Shown: piece by piece, positions 29,082 to 38,421 of the stretch
Position numbering within the stretch: position 1 is the stretch's first letter
Layout of the letters: each line of letters begins with the position of its first letter
Assembly (NCBI GenBank): GCA_031409655.1
Contig: JANNXQ010000025.1
Location: 1 to 48,620, forward strand
Source: Chthoniobacteraceae bacterium
Lineage (GTDB): Bacteria; Verrucomicrobiota; Verrucomicrobiia; Chthoniobacterales; Chthoniobacteraceae
Direction of reading: 5' to 3'
Length of the DNA stretch: 48,620 bases
Translations under genes and position numbers: made by a program
The notes under the pieces: model-generated
Seen by the model: the letters and a program-made list of their open reading frames with translations, nothing else
What the model was told of the DNA's origin: nothing
The model's database searches: none

Positions 29082-30776
29082 TCAGCCCGGAATCTCCCGC
29101 AGCATCTGCGAGTTCGTGGAGAAGCGCTTCATGAAGAAGATGAGCCGCTCGATGGCGTCGATCGGTTTGCCGCCGGAAAGACCGCGGCGGATGACGCCGA
29201 TCTTGTGCAGATCGTCCGCGGGGATGAGCAGTTCTTCGCGGCGGGTGCCGGACTGGTAGATGTCCACCGCCGGGTAGATGCGCATGTCGCTGATCTTGCG
29301 ATCGAGGACGAGTTCCATGTTCCCGGTGCCCTTGAACTCCTGGAAGATGAGTTCGTCCATCTTACTCCCGGTATCGATGAGCGCGGTGGCGATGATCGTG
29401 AGGGAGCCGGCTTCCTCGGTATTGCGTGCGGCGGCGAAAATGCGCCGGGGGATTTCCAAAGCGCGCGAATCGATGCCGCCGGACATGGTGCGTCCGCCGC
29501 CGCCAGTGGCGTTGTTAAAGGCGCGACCGACGCGAGTGATCGAATCGAGAAGGATGAAGACATCGCGCCCTTGCTCCACGAGGCGCTTGGCGCGCTCCAT
29601 GGCGAGTTGCGCGATGCGGGTGTGTGATTTCACATCGCTATCGTTCGAGCTGGCCATGATCTCGGTCTTGCCGAGGGTGCGCTTGAATTCCGTGACCTCC
29701 TCAGGCCGCTCATCGACGAGCAGGACCATGAGATGCACGTCGGGGTGATTGACCATCACGGCTTCGGCGATGTGCTGGAGCAGGGTGGTCTTACCCGTGC
29801 GCGGCGGGGCTACGATGAGGCCGCGCTGCCCTTTCCCAATCGGCGCCATGAGGTCGATGATGCGCGTGGTGAAACGTTCCGGCACCGTTTCCAGACGGAA
29901 GGGCTCCATGGGGCTGAGCACGGTGAGTTCGTCAAAGGCCGGGAGGAGACGCGCCTTTTCGGGTGGCTCGCCATTGATCTCCAGGACCTTGTAAATCTGC
30001 GCACCGCGATTGCCGCGCCGGATTTCGCCTTTCAGCCATTGCCCGTCGCGGAGATTGAAAGCGCGGCAGATTTCGGGGGTGACAAAGACATCGTTCGGGT
30101 GCTGCGAAAAGTTCCGCTGCGGATCGCGGAGGAAACCGAATCCTTTGCCGGAAACCTCAATGATCCCCTCAGCGACCCCGAGTGTCTCCTCGCTGATTGG
30201 CTCATTCGACGCAAACTCTTCCATGTCGCGCTCGACGGGCGGGCGCGGCTCCCGAGGTTCCCGCTGCTCGCGGGGCCCCCGGTGATCGCGGGGCTGCTGC
30301 TGGCCATGGTCTCGCGTGCGCACCTGGACGACTGGCACCGGAACTGGAGGAGCCTGCTGTTTCTGGCGCTCCATGAAGGCGATCGCCTCGGGACTATCCT
30401 GGGCAATTCCTTCGGCCTCGAGTTGCTTCGCGACGTGCCGCGGGATGTAGATCGGGCGCGGGCGGGCCGCTGGGGCTTCGGTGGCCGCCGGCGGGAATCC
30501 CGGCGGCGGGGCGACGGGAGCTGGCGGAAGCTCCGGAGCAGGGGGATTCACCACTTCCTCGATGGGCGCCACGGCCACCACTTCCTCAGCCGCCGACAGT
30601 GCCTCCGGACTTGCCACCGCCTTTTTCGGGCTCCGCTTGGGTCGTGCCTTCGCGGGCTTGGGAGCAGGCTTTTCCGCCGCCTTTGCTGGCTGCGCTTTCG
30701 TCACCCGCTTCTTCGGAGCTTTCTTGGGACTTTCGTCAGCTTCGATGAGAAGTGGCTGATCTGATGGCTCTGTCAT
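29082..30776 (-). CDS. rho: Transcription termination factor Rho with a long low-complexity N-terminal extension
   Basis: GFGFLR, PIGKGQRGLIVAPPRTGKT, LVDERPEEVT, LDSITR, GSLTIIATAL, FKGTGNMEL, SGTRREELL. Confidence 0.96.
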   Translation of the reverse strand: MTEPSDQPLLIEADESPKKAPKKRVTKAQPAKAAEKPAPKPAKARPKRSPKKAVASPEALSAAEEVVAVAPIEEVVNPPAPELPPAPVAPPPGFPPAATEAPAARPRPIYIPRHVAKQLEAEGIAQDSPEAIAFMERQKQQAPPVPVPVVQVRTRDHGQQQPRDHRGPREQREPREPRPPVERDMEEFASNEPISEETLGVAEGIIEVSGKGFGFLRDPQRNFSQHPNDVFVTPEICRAFNLRDGQWLKGEIRRGNRGAQIYKVLEINGEPPEKARLLPAFDELTVLSPMEPFRLETVPERFTTRIIDLMAPIGKGQRGLIVAPPRTGKTTLLQHIAEAVMVNHPDVHLMVLLVDERPEEVTEFKRTLGKTEIMASSNDSDVKSHTRIAQLAMERAKRLVEQGRDVFILLDSITRVGRAFNNATGGGGRTMSGGIDSRALEIPRRIFAAARNTEEAGSLTIIATALIDTGSKMDELIFQEFKGTGNMELVLDRKISDMRIYPAVDIYQSGTRREELLIPADDLHKIGVIRRGLSGGKPIDAIERLIFFMKRFSTNSQMLREIPG

Positions 30777-31145
30777 AAATAGGGAAAATGGGACCGAAGG
30801 CGGCAGGTGCCGCGACCGCGTGAGGGAGATGGATTGGGAGAGCAAAGGTTTGCCTGGGGGCTCCACGAACACCTTGTCCGGTGCAGTCATGGAGGCTCCC
30901 TCGGCAGGGATTGCTGAAAAGCGGTCCCCGGCATCAACCGGGGAGACCATTAGTGTGCTTGGTTTGGAACCACTGAAGATGACCCGCCTTGCGGATCACG
31001 GATTGGATTAAACTAAAAATTGTAGAACGAAGTGCGGAGACGCACGAGGCAGCCGTTTCGGGGTTTCTAGGAAACCTGCGCGACTCCGAAGCGAGGAGCC
31101 GCCACCGGGAGAGCAGACTGACGACGGGAACTTGGGTGATTCCTC

Positions 31146-31180
31146 GGGTGGCGTCAAAAGATTTTTTCTCAACGCCACCC
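31146..31180 (-). terminator. Hairpin just downstream of the LuxR-family gene; it overlaps a TTGACG candidate -35 for rho
   Basis: GGGTGGCGT...ACGCCACCC inverted repeat, extendable by G-U pairs on the minus strand; no clear U-tract. Confidence 0.4.
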
Positions 31181-31196
31181 TCCGCCGCACTCTGGC

Positions 31197-31850
31197 CTAA
31201 GCTGCCGCGTGGTGAAAGAGCACCGCCCGCCGCTGGAGATCACTGCCATCCTTGAGGTGCAGTTTTTCCTTAATGTGCTGCCGGTGCGTTTCCACCGTCT
31301 TCACGCTGACCTTCAACTCATCGGCGACCGCCCGGGTTCCGAGCCCCCGGCCAATCGCCCGGAAGATTTGCAGTTCCCGATTCGAGAGTGCGGCCTCGGC
31401 GCTACCGTGCAATTCCACCGAACCGCAGGCCAGCCGATCGAGCAGGAGATGGGCGACCCGCGGGGCCGCGTGGCGCTGCCCGGCCAGGGCACAATCGATG
31501 GCCACGAGGAGTTCCGCCGCGGGATCGAGCCGTGTCACGTATCCTTGCGCGCCACCTTGGAAGGCGCGCTGGACCGAAAGTGCATCCTCGAGCGAGGTAA
31601 AGGCGATCACCCGGATGCCCGGCGCCCAGCGGGGAAATTCCTTGAGCAGACCGAACCCGTCGCCAAGCGCGAGATCGAGCACTGCGAGATTTGGTCGATG
31701 CCGCGCGCAGAGTTCCCGCGCCGTCGGCGATGAGTCCGCCTCGCCACAGATGCGGAGACGACCGTGACCATTCAGCAAATGCACCAGGCCGAGCCGCGCG
31801 ACGGGATGGGCATCAACAATCAACACACTGATTTTCCGATTATTGGACAT
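31197..31850 (-). CDS. NarL/LuxR-family response regulator
   Basis: REC (VLIVDAHP, LAVLDLAL) plus LuxR HTH (LSNRELQIF...VSVKTVETHRQHIKEKL). Confidence 0.92.
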   Translation of the reverse strand: MSNNRKISVLIVDAHPVARLGLVHLLNGHGRLRICGEADSSPTARELCARHRPNLAVLDLALGDGFGLLKEFPRWAPGIRVIAFTSLEDALSVQRAFQGGAQGYVTRLDPAAELLVAIDCALAGQRHAAPRVAHLLLDRLACGSVELHGSAEAALSNRELQIFRAIGRGLGTRAVADELKVSVKTVETHRQHIKEKLHLKDGSDLQRRAVLFHHAAA

Positions 31851-32087
31851 GGGAAGACCTCGCTTCTGCACTGCCATGTAAGGAATCCCCCGATACGCTG
31901 GCAAGCCTGGTTTTCGGGGAAAGGCGGCCGTTTGTCCTATGGGTTACTTCCGTGATTGCTCGACGAAACTTTCCTCCCGGCGCCCGATACCGCCGCCGCG
32001 CCGCACCTGCTCGAATCTTTCCCATGGCGCGGTTTGCAACTCACCTCGGCCCGTCGGTTCTGCGGCGCAGCTAACGACCATCTCTCT

Positions 32088-34445
32088 ATGCCCACTCCAA
32101 AATTCAACGTCCAACCCGACATCCCGGACCTCCGGGATCGTCTCTACAATCCGACCCTCCGCGGACTCGAGCCCACCTTCAATGCCCAGCCTTTCGCCGA
32201 TCCGGCCTTCTGCGCGCGGATCAAGAATCAGGGCCAGACTTCTGCCTGCACCGGCTTTGCTCTCGCGGCGATGATCGAAGGCTTGGTCTATCGCGCCTGG
32301 AGCCGCACCGCGCAGCAGAGTCCCGCGCCGGACGTCATCTCGCCGTATATGCTGTACTACTTTGCCCGCCGCTACGATGAGCTGCCCGGCACCGCCGCCG
32401 GCGAAGGCTCCACGGCGCGCGGCGCGATGAAAGCGTGGCACAAGCACGGGGCCTGCAAGCTCGACCTGTGGCGGGGCATTGAGACGAGCATCGCGCGCGA
32501 CGGCGCGGAATGGATTGCTGACGCCTTTCATACCCCGCTCGGCGCTTACTTCCGTGTCGATCACACCAGCATTCCGGACCTTCACGCCGCACTCAATGAA
32601 ACGGGCTTCGTCTATGTGACCGCGGAGGTACACAGCGGCTGGATGGCGCTGGGTGAAGATGGCGTCATCCCCTACGACGGGTCGCAGACTCCCGAGGGCG
32701 GCCATGCATTCCTTTTCGTCGGGTACGATGAAGACGGCTTCTGGCTGCAAAACTCGTGGCACGACGATTGGGGTCGCGGCGGCTTCGCACGGCTGAGCTA
32801 TCACGACTGGAGTGCGAACAGCATGGATGCCTGGGTCGGGCAACTCGGCGTCCACATCAGCCGCAAGGCCGAAAGCCTCGCCACCGGACTGCGCTTTACC
32901 CCACCAGCCTCACGCGCCGACGCTGCCTCCGCGGCGCCTGCACCCAATCTCTCCTCGAATGCCAGCCTCAGCGCCCAGCAGATCAATCCCTATATCCTCA
33001 ATGTCGGGAATAACGGACGGCTCTCCGATAGCGGTCAGTTTGCCACGCGGCCCGAGGACCTGCACGACCTGCTCGCCTTCTATCTGCCAAATGCGGTGAA
33101 GCAGTGGGGCTTGGATGCGAACCAGCCCATCGACGTCGCCATCTACGCCCACGGCGGGCTTGTCGATGAAAAGTCCGCCGCTGAGACCGCGCGCTGGTGG
33201 GTGCCGGCGCTCTTTAATCACCGCATCTTCCCCATCTTCCTGATGTGGGAGACGGGCTTCTGGGACGTTGTCAAAAATGTCATCGCCGATGCTTTCCAGC
33301 GACAGTCCGCGGGTGGGGCGGCGGGCGCATTCTGGGATAAGATCGGCAACGCCATCCAGAACTGGTGGAACGAGCGTCTGGAGAACCTCGCCAGCAAGCC
33401 CGGCACACTCCAGTGGGACAAGATGAAGGAAAACGGTGAGCGCGCCACGACCAACAAAAAGGACGGCGGCCTTGCCTTGCTCCACCGCGAGTTACTCAAG
33501 TCCGAACACGAAGCCATCCGCAAACGGCTGCGTTTTCACCTGATCGGTCACAGCGCTGGCTCGATCGTCCACTCGCATCTCGGAGCGGCGCTCGTCGAGG
33601 CCGGCTTAAAGCTCGATGGAATCTACTTCCTCGCGCCGGCCTGCCGCGTTGAGTTATTCAAGGCAAAACTGTTGCCCCTCTTCAAGTCCGGCAAGATCGC
33701 CAGTTATACCCAGTTTCACATGACCGACGAGGTCGAGCGCCGTGATAATTGCGGGACGATCTATCGCCAGTCGCTGCTTTACCTCGTCTCAAATGCCTTC
33801 GAACATCAACGCGCCACGCCCATTCTCGGTATGGAGAAGTTCGCCAAGGCCGTGATTGACGCGAAGCCAGCGAGTGCCTCCGTCTGGGACTTCATCGCCG
33901 CGCCCACCAGTCCTGTGGACCCCACGCGCCGGAGTAATTCCACCAGCCACGGTGGGTTCGACAATGATGCGGATACGCGCATGGCCGTCCTCACCCGCAT
34001 CGTCCGGCGGCAGAGCGGTGGTGGTGGTGGGGCGGGCGCGGGTCAGATGATGAAGAAGAAGCCGACCACTCCAAAAGCCACCGTCTCGGCCAAGGGGGCG
34101 AAGGCGCCCGCGAAAACCAAAGCGAAAGCACCCCCAAAAGTGACTCGAGTGGCCAAGGCCGGCGCTCCGCAGGCCAGGACGCGCCCGGAGGTCTTGGCCG
34201 TCGTGCTGAATCGGCTTCACGCCTACAACATCCATCGGAACGCCTCGGCTGGCACGGACATCAAGTGGGATTTCCGCGACACGGAAAGAGAGGACAAGCA
34301 AACCACGCCGCGCGGTCAACGCGTGAACTCCTTCCTCACGGACTTGCGGCTCGGCATCGTCCATCCCGTCAATATCGGGCCGTCCGACCTGATCCGCGGC
34401 GACTTCGATACGCCCAACGACCTCACCGACTTCATCATGCCATGA
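32088..34445 (+). CDS. Papain-like C1 cysteine peptidase fused to an alpha/beta-hydrolase domain, a Lys/Ala-rich linker and a small C-terminal domain
   Basis: C1 motifs PDLRD, NQGQTSACTGFA, GGHAF, QNSW..WG..GF; hydrolase motifs YAHGGL, LIGHSAGS, SHGGFDND. No signal peptide. Confidence 0.88.
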   Translation: MPTPKFNVQPDIPDLRDRLYNPTLRGLEPTFNAQPFADPAFCARIKNQGQTSACTGFALAAMIEGLVYRAWSRTAQQSPAPDVISPYMLYYFARRYDELPGTAAGEGSTARGAMKAWHKHGACKLDLWRGIETSIARDGAEWIADAFHTPLGAYFRVDHTSIPDLHAALNETGFVYVTAEVHSGWMALGEDGVIPYDGSQTPEGGHAFLFVGYDEDGFWLQNSWHDDWGRGGFARLSYHDWSANSMDAWVGQLGVHISRKAESLATGLRFTPPASRADAASAAPAPNLSSNASLSAQQINPYILNVGNNGRLSDSGQFATRPEDLHDLLAFYLPNAVKQWGLDANQPIDVAIYAHGGLVDEKSAAETARWWVPALFNHRIFPIFLMWETGFWDVVKNVIADAFQRQSAGGAAGAFWDKIGNAIQNWWNERLENLASKPGTLQWDKMKENGERATTNKKDGGLALLHRELLKSEHEAIRKRLRFHLIGHSAGSIVHSHLGAALVEAGLKLDGIYFLAPACRVELFKAKLLPLFKSGKIASYTQFHMTDEVERRDNCGTIYRQSLLYLVSNAFEHQRATPILGMEKFAKAVIDAKPASASVWDFIAAPTSPVDPTRRSNSTSHGGFDNDADTRMAVLTRIVRRQSGGGGGAGAGQMMKKKPTTPKATVSAKGAKAPAKTKAKAPPKVTRVAKAGAPQARTRPEVLAVVLNRLHAYNIHRNASAGTDIKWDFRDTEREDKQTTPRGQRVNSFLTDLRLGIVHPVNIGPSDLIRGDFDTPNDLTDFIMP

Positions 34446-35737
34446 GAAATTTTCGCGCCCGCGCCTTCTGCCTCGCCCTGCTCGTGTGGTTCATGCAGGC
34501 GGGCAGCCTTCTTGCGGAACAAGTTTGGATCTCCGCCGACTGGAGTGTGCAGGACCAGGGCAAGGAAAAGCGGTTTGTCCGCCAGGTCGTGCGCATTAGC
34601 TTGCGCAAGGGACCACCTCCAGCCGGCATCGTCCCCAAGCCCGTCATCCTTGGAGACAGCCCGGCGGTGCTCGATGCCCGGTACTGGAAACTCATCGCGG
34701 AGAAAGGTGACAGGAAGGAGGAGATACCGGTCACGGTCGTGCTCCCTACCCTGAGTCCCGAACCGCGGGTGAAATACATCATGCTCGCGCCCGGCAAAGC
34801 TCTTGATCCAGGAAAGAGTTACACCCTCTCGCTGGTCCGAGCGCCCGGCCTGCCGTACCCATTGCGGCTCGCGCCGGGTTTCACCCTTGCCAACCCCGAC
34901 GCTCTGACGAGTGTCGGTCTGCCCTCAGACGAACTCAAACGGGACAAGAACTACGTGGATGGTAACAAGGCCTTTGAGAACAGTTTTGTTCTCAACACCG
35001 GTGAAGGCAATGGCGTCAGTGTACGTGCTGCGTGGGGGCGCAGCGACTTCAAGTACGGCTCCCATTCGAGCTTCCTCGCGACCCTGAACGCCGACGGCAC
35101 CTACAAGCCCAAGGACCAAGGCAACTACCTCAACAGCATCGTCGGGGAAATCGATGCCTCGTGGAATTTCACCAAAGAGTTTCCGGCTTTGCGGGCCAAT
35201 GCCGTCGAGATGCTGGCGCTGACCCATCGCATCGAGGCGGATCGGGACTTTGAGGTCGTCAATGGCACTCTCGGCGTCACTTCGTGGACTTCGTTTGGAG
35301 CGGATTGGCTGGATCGCTTCTCGCGCGCGCTTTGCGTCATCGGCACGCCGCCATCACGCACGCCGAGCCCCATTCTCGCGCTCGCCTACGACTACGTTTT
35401 TAAAATCCACGAAAACCTCGACACCGGTGAGCGCATCCGCGAGGTCGGTGACCATCGCTTGCGCGTGCAATTCTATTGGTCGGTCAAGGTGGCCCACGAA
35501 TTTCAGTTGCCGCTCATCGAAGGAAAATACGATGCCGACGTCGTTCTCAACCTCAGCGGGATTCAGGACTTCAAGACGGGCGACTTTCTCCCCGACGCGC
35601 GGGTCACGCTCGAATTGGCTCCCGCCTCCGATGACAAGAGCAAGCCATCGTTTACCCTCAGCTACGTTAACGGAAAGGTGACCCCGCGCTTTGAGAACTA
35701 CGACGCCATTCTCGCCGGCTTAAAACTTCCCTTCTGA
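34442..35737 (+). CDS. Exported hypothetical protein, probable outer-membrane beta-barrel with an N-terminal Ig-like domain
   Basis: ATGA overlap with the upstream stop; signal peptide ends SLLA-E; LAPGKALDPGKSYTLSL resembles an Ig-like strand pattern; alternating amphipathic strands; ends LAGLKLPF with terminal Phe. Confidence 0.7.
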   Translation: MRNFRARAFCLALLVWFMQAGSLLAEQVWISADWSVQDQGKEKRFVRQVVRISLRKGPPPAGIVPKPVILGDSPAVLDARYWKLIAEKGDRKEEIPVTVVLPTLSPEPRVKYIMLAPGKALDPGKSYTLSLVRAPGLPYPLRLAPGFTLANPDALTSVGLPSDELKRDKNYVDGNKAFENSFVLNTGEGNGVSVRAAWGRSDFKYGSHSSFLATLNADGTYKPKDQGNYLNSIVGEIDASWNFTKEFPALRANAVEMLALTHRIEADRDFEVVNGTLGVTSWTSFGADWLDRFSRALCVIGTPPSRTPSPILALAYDYVFKIHENLDTGERIREVGDHRLRVQFYWSVKVAHEFQLPLIEGKYDADVVLNLSGIQDFKTGDFLPDARVTLELAPASDDKSKPSFTLSYVNGKVTPRFENYDAILAGLKLPF

Positions 35738-35781
35738 TAGGCAATGCCAGATTCCGCAGCGAAACCCGACTAATTCACAAC

Positions 35782-37362
35782 GTGAAAATCCGCGACGCCA
35801 TCGAGTGGTTTCAGACCGCTTTTGACAAAGAACTCCAGACCGCGGTGAGCGGCACCCCTTTTGACATCGATCTCGTTTCCGCCATTGCCTATCAGGAGAC
35901 GGGTTACATCTGGCAACTTCTCGTCGAGAAAGGACTCAAGAAGGACGACGTGCTGCGCCTCTGTGTGGGCGATACGATCGACGCGAGCGGAGGGCGCGGC
36001 GCCTTTCCGAGGACCAAGGCGGATTTGGTGGCCCACCCGAGAGGTGGCGAGATGTTCAAAATCGCCCGTCGCAGTCTGGATGAGATGGCAGCTTTCATTC
36101 CCGGATACGCCGGGGCGGTCGCGAAGCCGAATAAGTTCTGCCACGGGTTTGGCATCTTTCAGTACGACCTGCAGTTCTTTAAGGATGACGCTGACTTCTT
36201 CCTTGAGGAGCGGTGGGGCTCGGCGGCGGAATGCTTTGAGCGCTTCATCGCGGAACTCTTTGAGGCGAAGCGGCGCCAAGGTTGGCGCGGGAAACAAACG
36301 CTGACCGATCTGGACAAAGTCCTCGTAGCCATCGCTTACAATCGAGGATCCGCCAACGTTGCGAAAGGACTCAAACAAGGGCACAAGAATGACGAAGGGA
36401 AGTATTACGGAGAGTTGGTGTCGGCTTACTACGACATTGCCAGGAGCATCCCTTTCGATCCGGGGATGGCGATCGGCGGCGGGCCGGGGATGAATCTCGC
36501 GCGGAAGGCGGCCTTTGTGGCGCTGCCGGTCGGTATCGCGGCGCCTGCTTATCCGCGGCATCTTATCCTGCGTGACTCGAAAGACACCGTTTCGGTGAGG
36601 CGCATTCAGAAGCGCCTTCAGGATCTCGGCTACACCCAGCCCGGCCGGACCGGCGGCACTGCACCGCTCAAGGTGGACGGACTTTTCGGTGAGGATACTG
36701 AAGATGCGGTGGAGTTGTTCCAAGTCCGCCACACCGATGCACACGGTGCTCCGCTGACGGTCGATGGCGAAGTGGGGCCTGAGACTTGGGCGGCACTTTT
36801 CGGCGCGGTAACGCTGCACATTTCCAAGAGCAAAAGCGTGGATAGCCCGATCCTGGACGCGGTGCTCGATGTGGCTTCGGAGGAAGTGGGCGTGCTCGAA
36901 GAACCGGCTGGGTCGAACCGGGGCCAAAGAGTCCAGGAGTTTCAGCGCGCGGTCGGGATTTCGCCCGGCGATCCGTGGTGCGTGGCTTTCGTCTATTGGT
37001 GTTTCGCGCAGGCGGCCGCGAAAGTGAACCTCACGAACCCAATGGAGGACGAGTGTCGCACCGGCAGCGTGCTCGACCTTTGGAATCGCGCTCGCTGCGC
37101 GAAAAACGTGGAGACCATCGGTAGTGATCAGGCGCTCGACGATCCGAGTATCGTGAAGCCCGGCACCGTCTTCATCATCTCCACGGGCGGTGGCTACGGC
37201 CACACGGGTCTGGTTTCCAGGGTCGTGGGCAACCGGTTGGAAACCATCGAAGGCAATACTAATGATGGCGGATCGCGGGAAGGCATCGGCGTCTTCCGGC
37301 GCAGTGGCCGGACGATTGTCAGTATCAACCGTGGCTTCATCGACTTCAGCGGCGCAGTCTGA
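35782..37362 (+). CDS. Tri-domain peptidoglycan hydrolase: lysozyme-like, PG-binding and CHAP domains
   Basis: AIAYQETG, HGFGIFQYD, AYNRG (lysozyme fold); IQKRLQDLGY, VDGLFGEDTEDAVELFQ, VDGEVGPETWAAL (PG_binding_1-like); PWCVAFV, GHTGLV, TIEGNT (CHAP). Confidence 0.9.
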   Translation: MKIRDAIEWFQTAFDKELQTAVSGTPFDIDLVSAIAYQETGYIWQLLVEKGLKKDDVLRLCVGDTIDASGGRGAFPRTKADLVAHPRGGEMFKIARRSLDEMAAFIPGYAGAVAKPNKFCHGFGIFQYDLQFFKDDADFFLEERWGSAAECFERFIAELFEAKRRQGWRGKQTLTDLDKVLVAIAYNRGSANVAKGLKQGHKNDEGKYYGELVSAYYDIARSIPFDPGMAIGGGPGMNLARKAAFVALPVGIAAPAYPRHLILRDSKDTVSVRRIQKRLQDLGYTQPGRTGGTAPLKVDGLFGEDTEDAVELFQVRHTDAHGAPLTVDGEVGPETWAALFGAVTLHISKSKSVDSPILDAVLDVASEEVGVLEEPAGSNRGQRVQEFQRAVGISPGDPWCVAFVYWCFAQAAAKVNLTNPMEDECRTGSVLDLWNRARCAKNVETIGSDQALDDPSIVKPGTVFIISTGGGYGHTGLVSRVVGNRLETIEGNTNDGGSREGIGVFRRSGRTIVSINRGFIDFSGAV

Positions 37363-37395
37363 GCCGCAATCGAGATCAGCGAAACGCCGGCAACT

Positions 37396-38346
37396 ATGAA
37401 ACTCTCGGCACCCATCGAATTCGCCCGCCGCTGCGATGCCTCGGGTGGAATCGCCGTTAGCGCCGATCAGTGGGTTGGCGCGAATGACGAAGATAACGTC
37501 TTGCGCCTTTATTCTACGGCAGGGGGCGCGCCGGTGAATGACCGGCTGATCGACCTCGATCAGTTCCTCGAGATTGCGGGTGAGCCGGATCAGCGGGAAG
37601 CCGATCTTGAAAGCGCGACGACGTTCGGTGACTTGGTCTTTTGGATTGGCTCGCATTCCCAGAGCCGGAAAGGCCGCGGCCGCCTTAACCGACATCGGCT
37701 CTTCGCCACGAAGACGGGTGGCGCTGGCGGAGTGGCCACGCGGATCGAGGGCTACGGCAAACCCTGCAAGACCTTGCGCAGCGCACTGGTGAAAGAGCCG
37801 CGGCTCAAAAACTACGCCTTGGAAGACGCGATCCTGCTGCCGCCAAAAGATTCAGGCGGGTTTAACATCGAGTCGCTTTGCGCCGACCTCGCCTGCCAAA
37901 GACTCTGGCTGGGCTTGCGCAATCCAATCCCAACCGCTGGCGCGCTGCTCGTCCCTCTGGAGAATCCGCGCAAAGTGGTCGAGGACGCGGCCCCTCCGCT
38001 CCTTGGCGATCCTTTGCTGCTGGATCTCGGAGGGCTGGGCTTCCGCGACATGGTCGTCATCGGGGAAGACTATCTCATCCTTGCCGGCGATTTTCGCGAC
38101 CGCAATGCGGAGGGCGCGCAACCGTCGGCGCTCTTTGCCTGGCCCGGACCGGGCGGCGCGCTCCGGCGGTTGAACGTGGAATTCGGTGACCTGAACCCCG
38201 AGGCGCTCATCGCCTTTCCCGGAGAGAAAGTTCTGATCGTCAGCGACGATGGCGCCCGGCTCACCGGCAGACAGAAATGCAAGGACGTAGCGGAGGAAGA
38301 GCGGTCATTCAGGGCGGTGTGGCTCGAGTATGGGAAGTCTCCTTGA
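37396..38346 (+). CDS. DUF3616-like beta-propeller protein
   Basis: CDASG, ANDEDN, DLESAT, WIGSHS, GFNIESL, LGLRNP, LDLGGLGFRDM, NPEAL, VSDDG. No signal peptide. Confidence 0.8.
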   Translation: MKLSAPIEFARRCDASGGIAVSADQWVGANDEDNVLRLYSTAGGAPVNDRLIDLDQFLEIAGEPDQREADLESATTFGDLVFWIGSHSQSRKGRGRLNRHRLFATKTGGAGGVATRIEGYGKPCKTLRSALVKEPRLKNYALEDAILLPPKDSGGFNIESLCADLACQRLWLGLRNPIPTAGALLVPLENPRKVVEDAAPPLLGDPLLLDLGGLGFRDMVVIGEDYLILAGDFRDRNAEGAQPSALFAWPGPGGALRRLNVEFGDLNPEALIAFPGEKVLIVSDDGARLTGRQKCKDVAEEERSFRAVWLEYGKSP

Positions 38347-38421
38347 AGCCCGTGAATCCCGCAGATTTCCCGGCACCGCCGAAGCTGCAAATTTCCACCC
38401 ACACCAGCTCCCATCCACACC

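Noticed and set aside
35770..37695. 641-aa minus-strand ORF
   Set aside because: Antisense to the motif-rich lysozyme/CHAP gene.
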